64,000 bases of DNA from Elusimicrobiota bacterium (GTDB lineage Bacteria; Elusimicrobiota; Elusimicrobia; F11), in contig JBGAON010000001.1 of the NCBI GenBank assembly GCA_044221725.1, positions 768,001 through 832,000 of the forward strand, written 5' to 3'. The translations under genes and the position numbers were made by a program. Positions within the stretch are counted from its first letter, which is position 1. Each line of letters opens with the position of its first letter. Shown here piece by piece: positions 62,354 through 64,000 of this stretch. The notes beneath the pieces are model-generated. The model had not been told where the DNA came from, did no database searches, and saw only the letters and a list, made by a program, of their open reading frames with translations.

Positions 62354-62845
62354 ATGTCGGCCTCGAGCGTGGTCATTCCAAAAGACGTGTACGACGGTAT
62401 TGCCCGGTGGGCCGAAAAGGCCTATCCGAACGAGGGGTGCGGACTTCTTATTGGAAATTTTCAGAACGGTGGTGTGAAAGAAGTTGTGCGGTTAGCGCCC
62501 CTTTCCAACGAATTATTAGTAAAACAGGTAACCGGAGCCCCCACGTTACCAACCGAACGCCAAGGCGCTGGCGCTGGAAAACGCGAATTTCTCATGAGTC
62601 CGTCGGAATTTAACGCCGAAACACTGCGCGCCGAAAAAGAAGGACTCGATGTTGTTGGTGTGATTCACACGCATCCGAATCATCCGCCGCGTCCGAGCCA
62701 AGTGGATGCCTCGCAACCGTTTCTTGCGCAGTGGTCAAACATTATTGTCGCCGTGCACGACGGAAAAACGGTGGATATGAAATCGTGGTTCCGTGAATTG
62801 GACAGTGACCCATTTGTTGAAGAAGAAATACGCATCAAATCCTAA
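62354..62845 (+). CDS. JAB/Mov34 metallopeptidase (Mec-like)
   Basis: YPNEGCG and HTHP...PSQVD JAMM motif. Confidence 0.88.
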   Translation: MSASSVVIPKDVYDGIARWAEKAYPNEGCGLLIGNFQNGGVKEVVRLAPLSNELLVKQVTGAPTLPTERQGAGAGKREFLMSPSEFNAETLRAEKEGLDVVGVIHTHPNHPPRPSQVDASQPFLAQWSNIIVAVHDGKTVDMKSWFRELDSDPFVEEEIRIKS

Positions 62846-62857
62846 AAGGAGTCTTGC

Positions 62858-64000
62858 ATGTCTGCGGTATCGGAAGTGAAAGAAAAGAACGTGACGTTGG
62901 CACCGGAAGTTGAAGAAGAAATTGTTCGCTTTGAAGAAAACATTAAAGCGATGCGATCCGGTGAAATGGACCCGAACGAGTTCAAAAAATTTCGCTTAAA
63001 CAACGGCGTTTATGGAATCCGCCACGAAACCGACCGGCACATGATCCGCATCAAATGCCCGCACGGTGAAATTACCGCGGACCAACTCGATGTGGTGGCA
63101 AACGTTACCGAAGAATACACGCGCACAAAAATTGCGCACGTGACCACGCGCCAAGCGATCCAAATCCACCATGTTTTGTTGGACAACGTTCCCACCTTGC
63201 TGCGCCGTCTTGCCAATTGCGGTCTCACGTCGCGTGAAGCGTGCGGCAATACCGTTAGAAACGTCACAAAAACCCCGTTCGCCGGACTTCTTGCCGACGA
63301 AGTGTTTGATGTGACCCCGTGGGCCGAAGCTATTTTTCGTCATTTCTTGAGAAACCCCGCGGTCCAAAACTTCCCCCGCAAATTCAAAATCGCTTTCTAC
63401 GGCGGCGGCGCCGAAGACATTGCTTACACAGCGATTCACGATCTTGGCTATGTGGCCGCGAAGCGTGTCGTGAACGGGAAAGAAGAGAAAGGTTTCCGTG
63501 TGTATGTCGGTGGCGGTTTGGGCGCATCGCCCCAAGCGTCCATTCTCCTCGAAGAATTCACGCCGCTCACCGAGTTTTTCTCGACCGCTGACGCGATCAC
63601 GCACATTTTCGATCGTCATGGTGACCGCAAAGACAAATTTCACGCACGTCTTAAGTTTGTCGTGAAGAAGTTCGGTGAAGACGCGTTCCGAAAAATGGTG
63701 ATCGAGGAGCGCTCTCAGGTTCGCGCCACGCGCGCCGGCGGTTTCAAATGGAATTTTCCACAAGAGACGCCTCTGGTAGCGCCCGTTCTTACGCAGAACA
63801 TCGATACGAACGTGAAGCCCGATGCCGACTTCGAGCTTTGGCGGAAGACAAACGCGCTCGCTCAGAAGCAGAATGGATACTCAATGGCGATCGTTGTGAC
63901 GCCGCTCGGAGATATTTCGGTTCCGCAGATGAGAACTCTGGCCACTATTGCCCGTAAGTTTAACGGTGGGCGTTTGCGTACGATGGTTCAGCAAAATATG
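62858..64000 (+). CDS. Siroheme sulfite/nitrite reductase (3' truncated; absent from ORF track)
   Basis: SD AAGGAG then ATG 62858; translation FRLNNGVYG, MIRIK, TTRQAIQ, EACGNTVRN, PRKFKI. Confidence 0.88.
   Translation, partial: MSAVSEVKEKNVTLAPEVEEEIVRFEENIKAMRSGEMDPNEFKKFRLNNGVYGIRHETDRHMIRIKCPHGEITADQLDVVANVTEEYTRTKIAHVTTRQAIQIHHVLLDNVPTLLRRLANCGLTSREACGNTVRNVTKTPFAGLLADEVFDVTPWAEAIFRHFLRNPAVQNFPRKFKIAFYGGGAEDIAYTAIHDLGYVAAKRVVNGKEEKGFRVYVGGGLGASPQASILLEEFTPLTEFFSTADAITHIFDRHGDRKDKFHARLKFVVKKFGEDAFRKMVIEERSQVRATRAGGFKWNFPQETPLVAPVLTQNIDTNVKPDADFELWRKTNALAQKQNGYSMAIVVTPLGDISVPQMRTLATIARKFNGGRLRTMVQQNM

Noticed and set aside
62996..63763. 255-aa minus-strand ORF
   Set aside because: Shadow of the plus-strand sulfite/nitrite reductase, which the track missed because it runs off the window.
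1..64000. CRISPR array, rRNA or IS transposase
   Set aside because: No regularly spaced repeat-spacer array, rRNA-like sequence or transposase ORF was seen.

Overview
Bacterial chromosomal window from a diderm, peptidoglycan-making organism (Kdo/Lpt and dcw genes). It is probably Elusimicrobiota or a related lineage; this is inferred from protein style and not tested. Most of the window is core housekeeping: pyrG-kdsA-kdsC-lptCAB, a regulatory PTS (ptsN-hprK-rapZ-EIIA-ptsH-ptsI), lepA-lepB-hemW, CIRCE-controlled hrcA-grpE-dnaK-dnaJ-rsmE, mtaB-HIT-rpsU-dnaG-rpoD, two tRNAs, the dcw cluster (mraZ to murG), amidase, LOG, uvrB, a PilT-type ATPase, GAF/HD-GYP, nadC, birA, cysM-JAB and a partial sulfite/nitrite reductase. 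The most unusual content is a pair of related orphan genes inserted into conserved gene order: a 775-aa protein (23181-25508) and a ~3280-aa giant protein (31350-41192). They share a signal-peptide motif, an N-terminal domain with TIKI/TraB/EreA/ChaN-like motifs and an upstream CTTAA direct-repeat motif. Their C-terminal cargo differs completely: a uridine-kinase-like P-loop domain in one, and two PP2C phosphatases, two FHA domains and duplicated membrane modules in the other. This looks like a polymorphic exported or membrane-protein system. Smaller oddities include a palindromic miniature element inserted in frame in lptA (with a remnant in the giant gene), a probable CTG start for rapZ, and a short-form DnaK.
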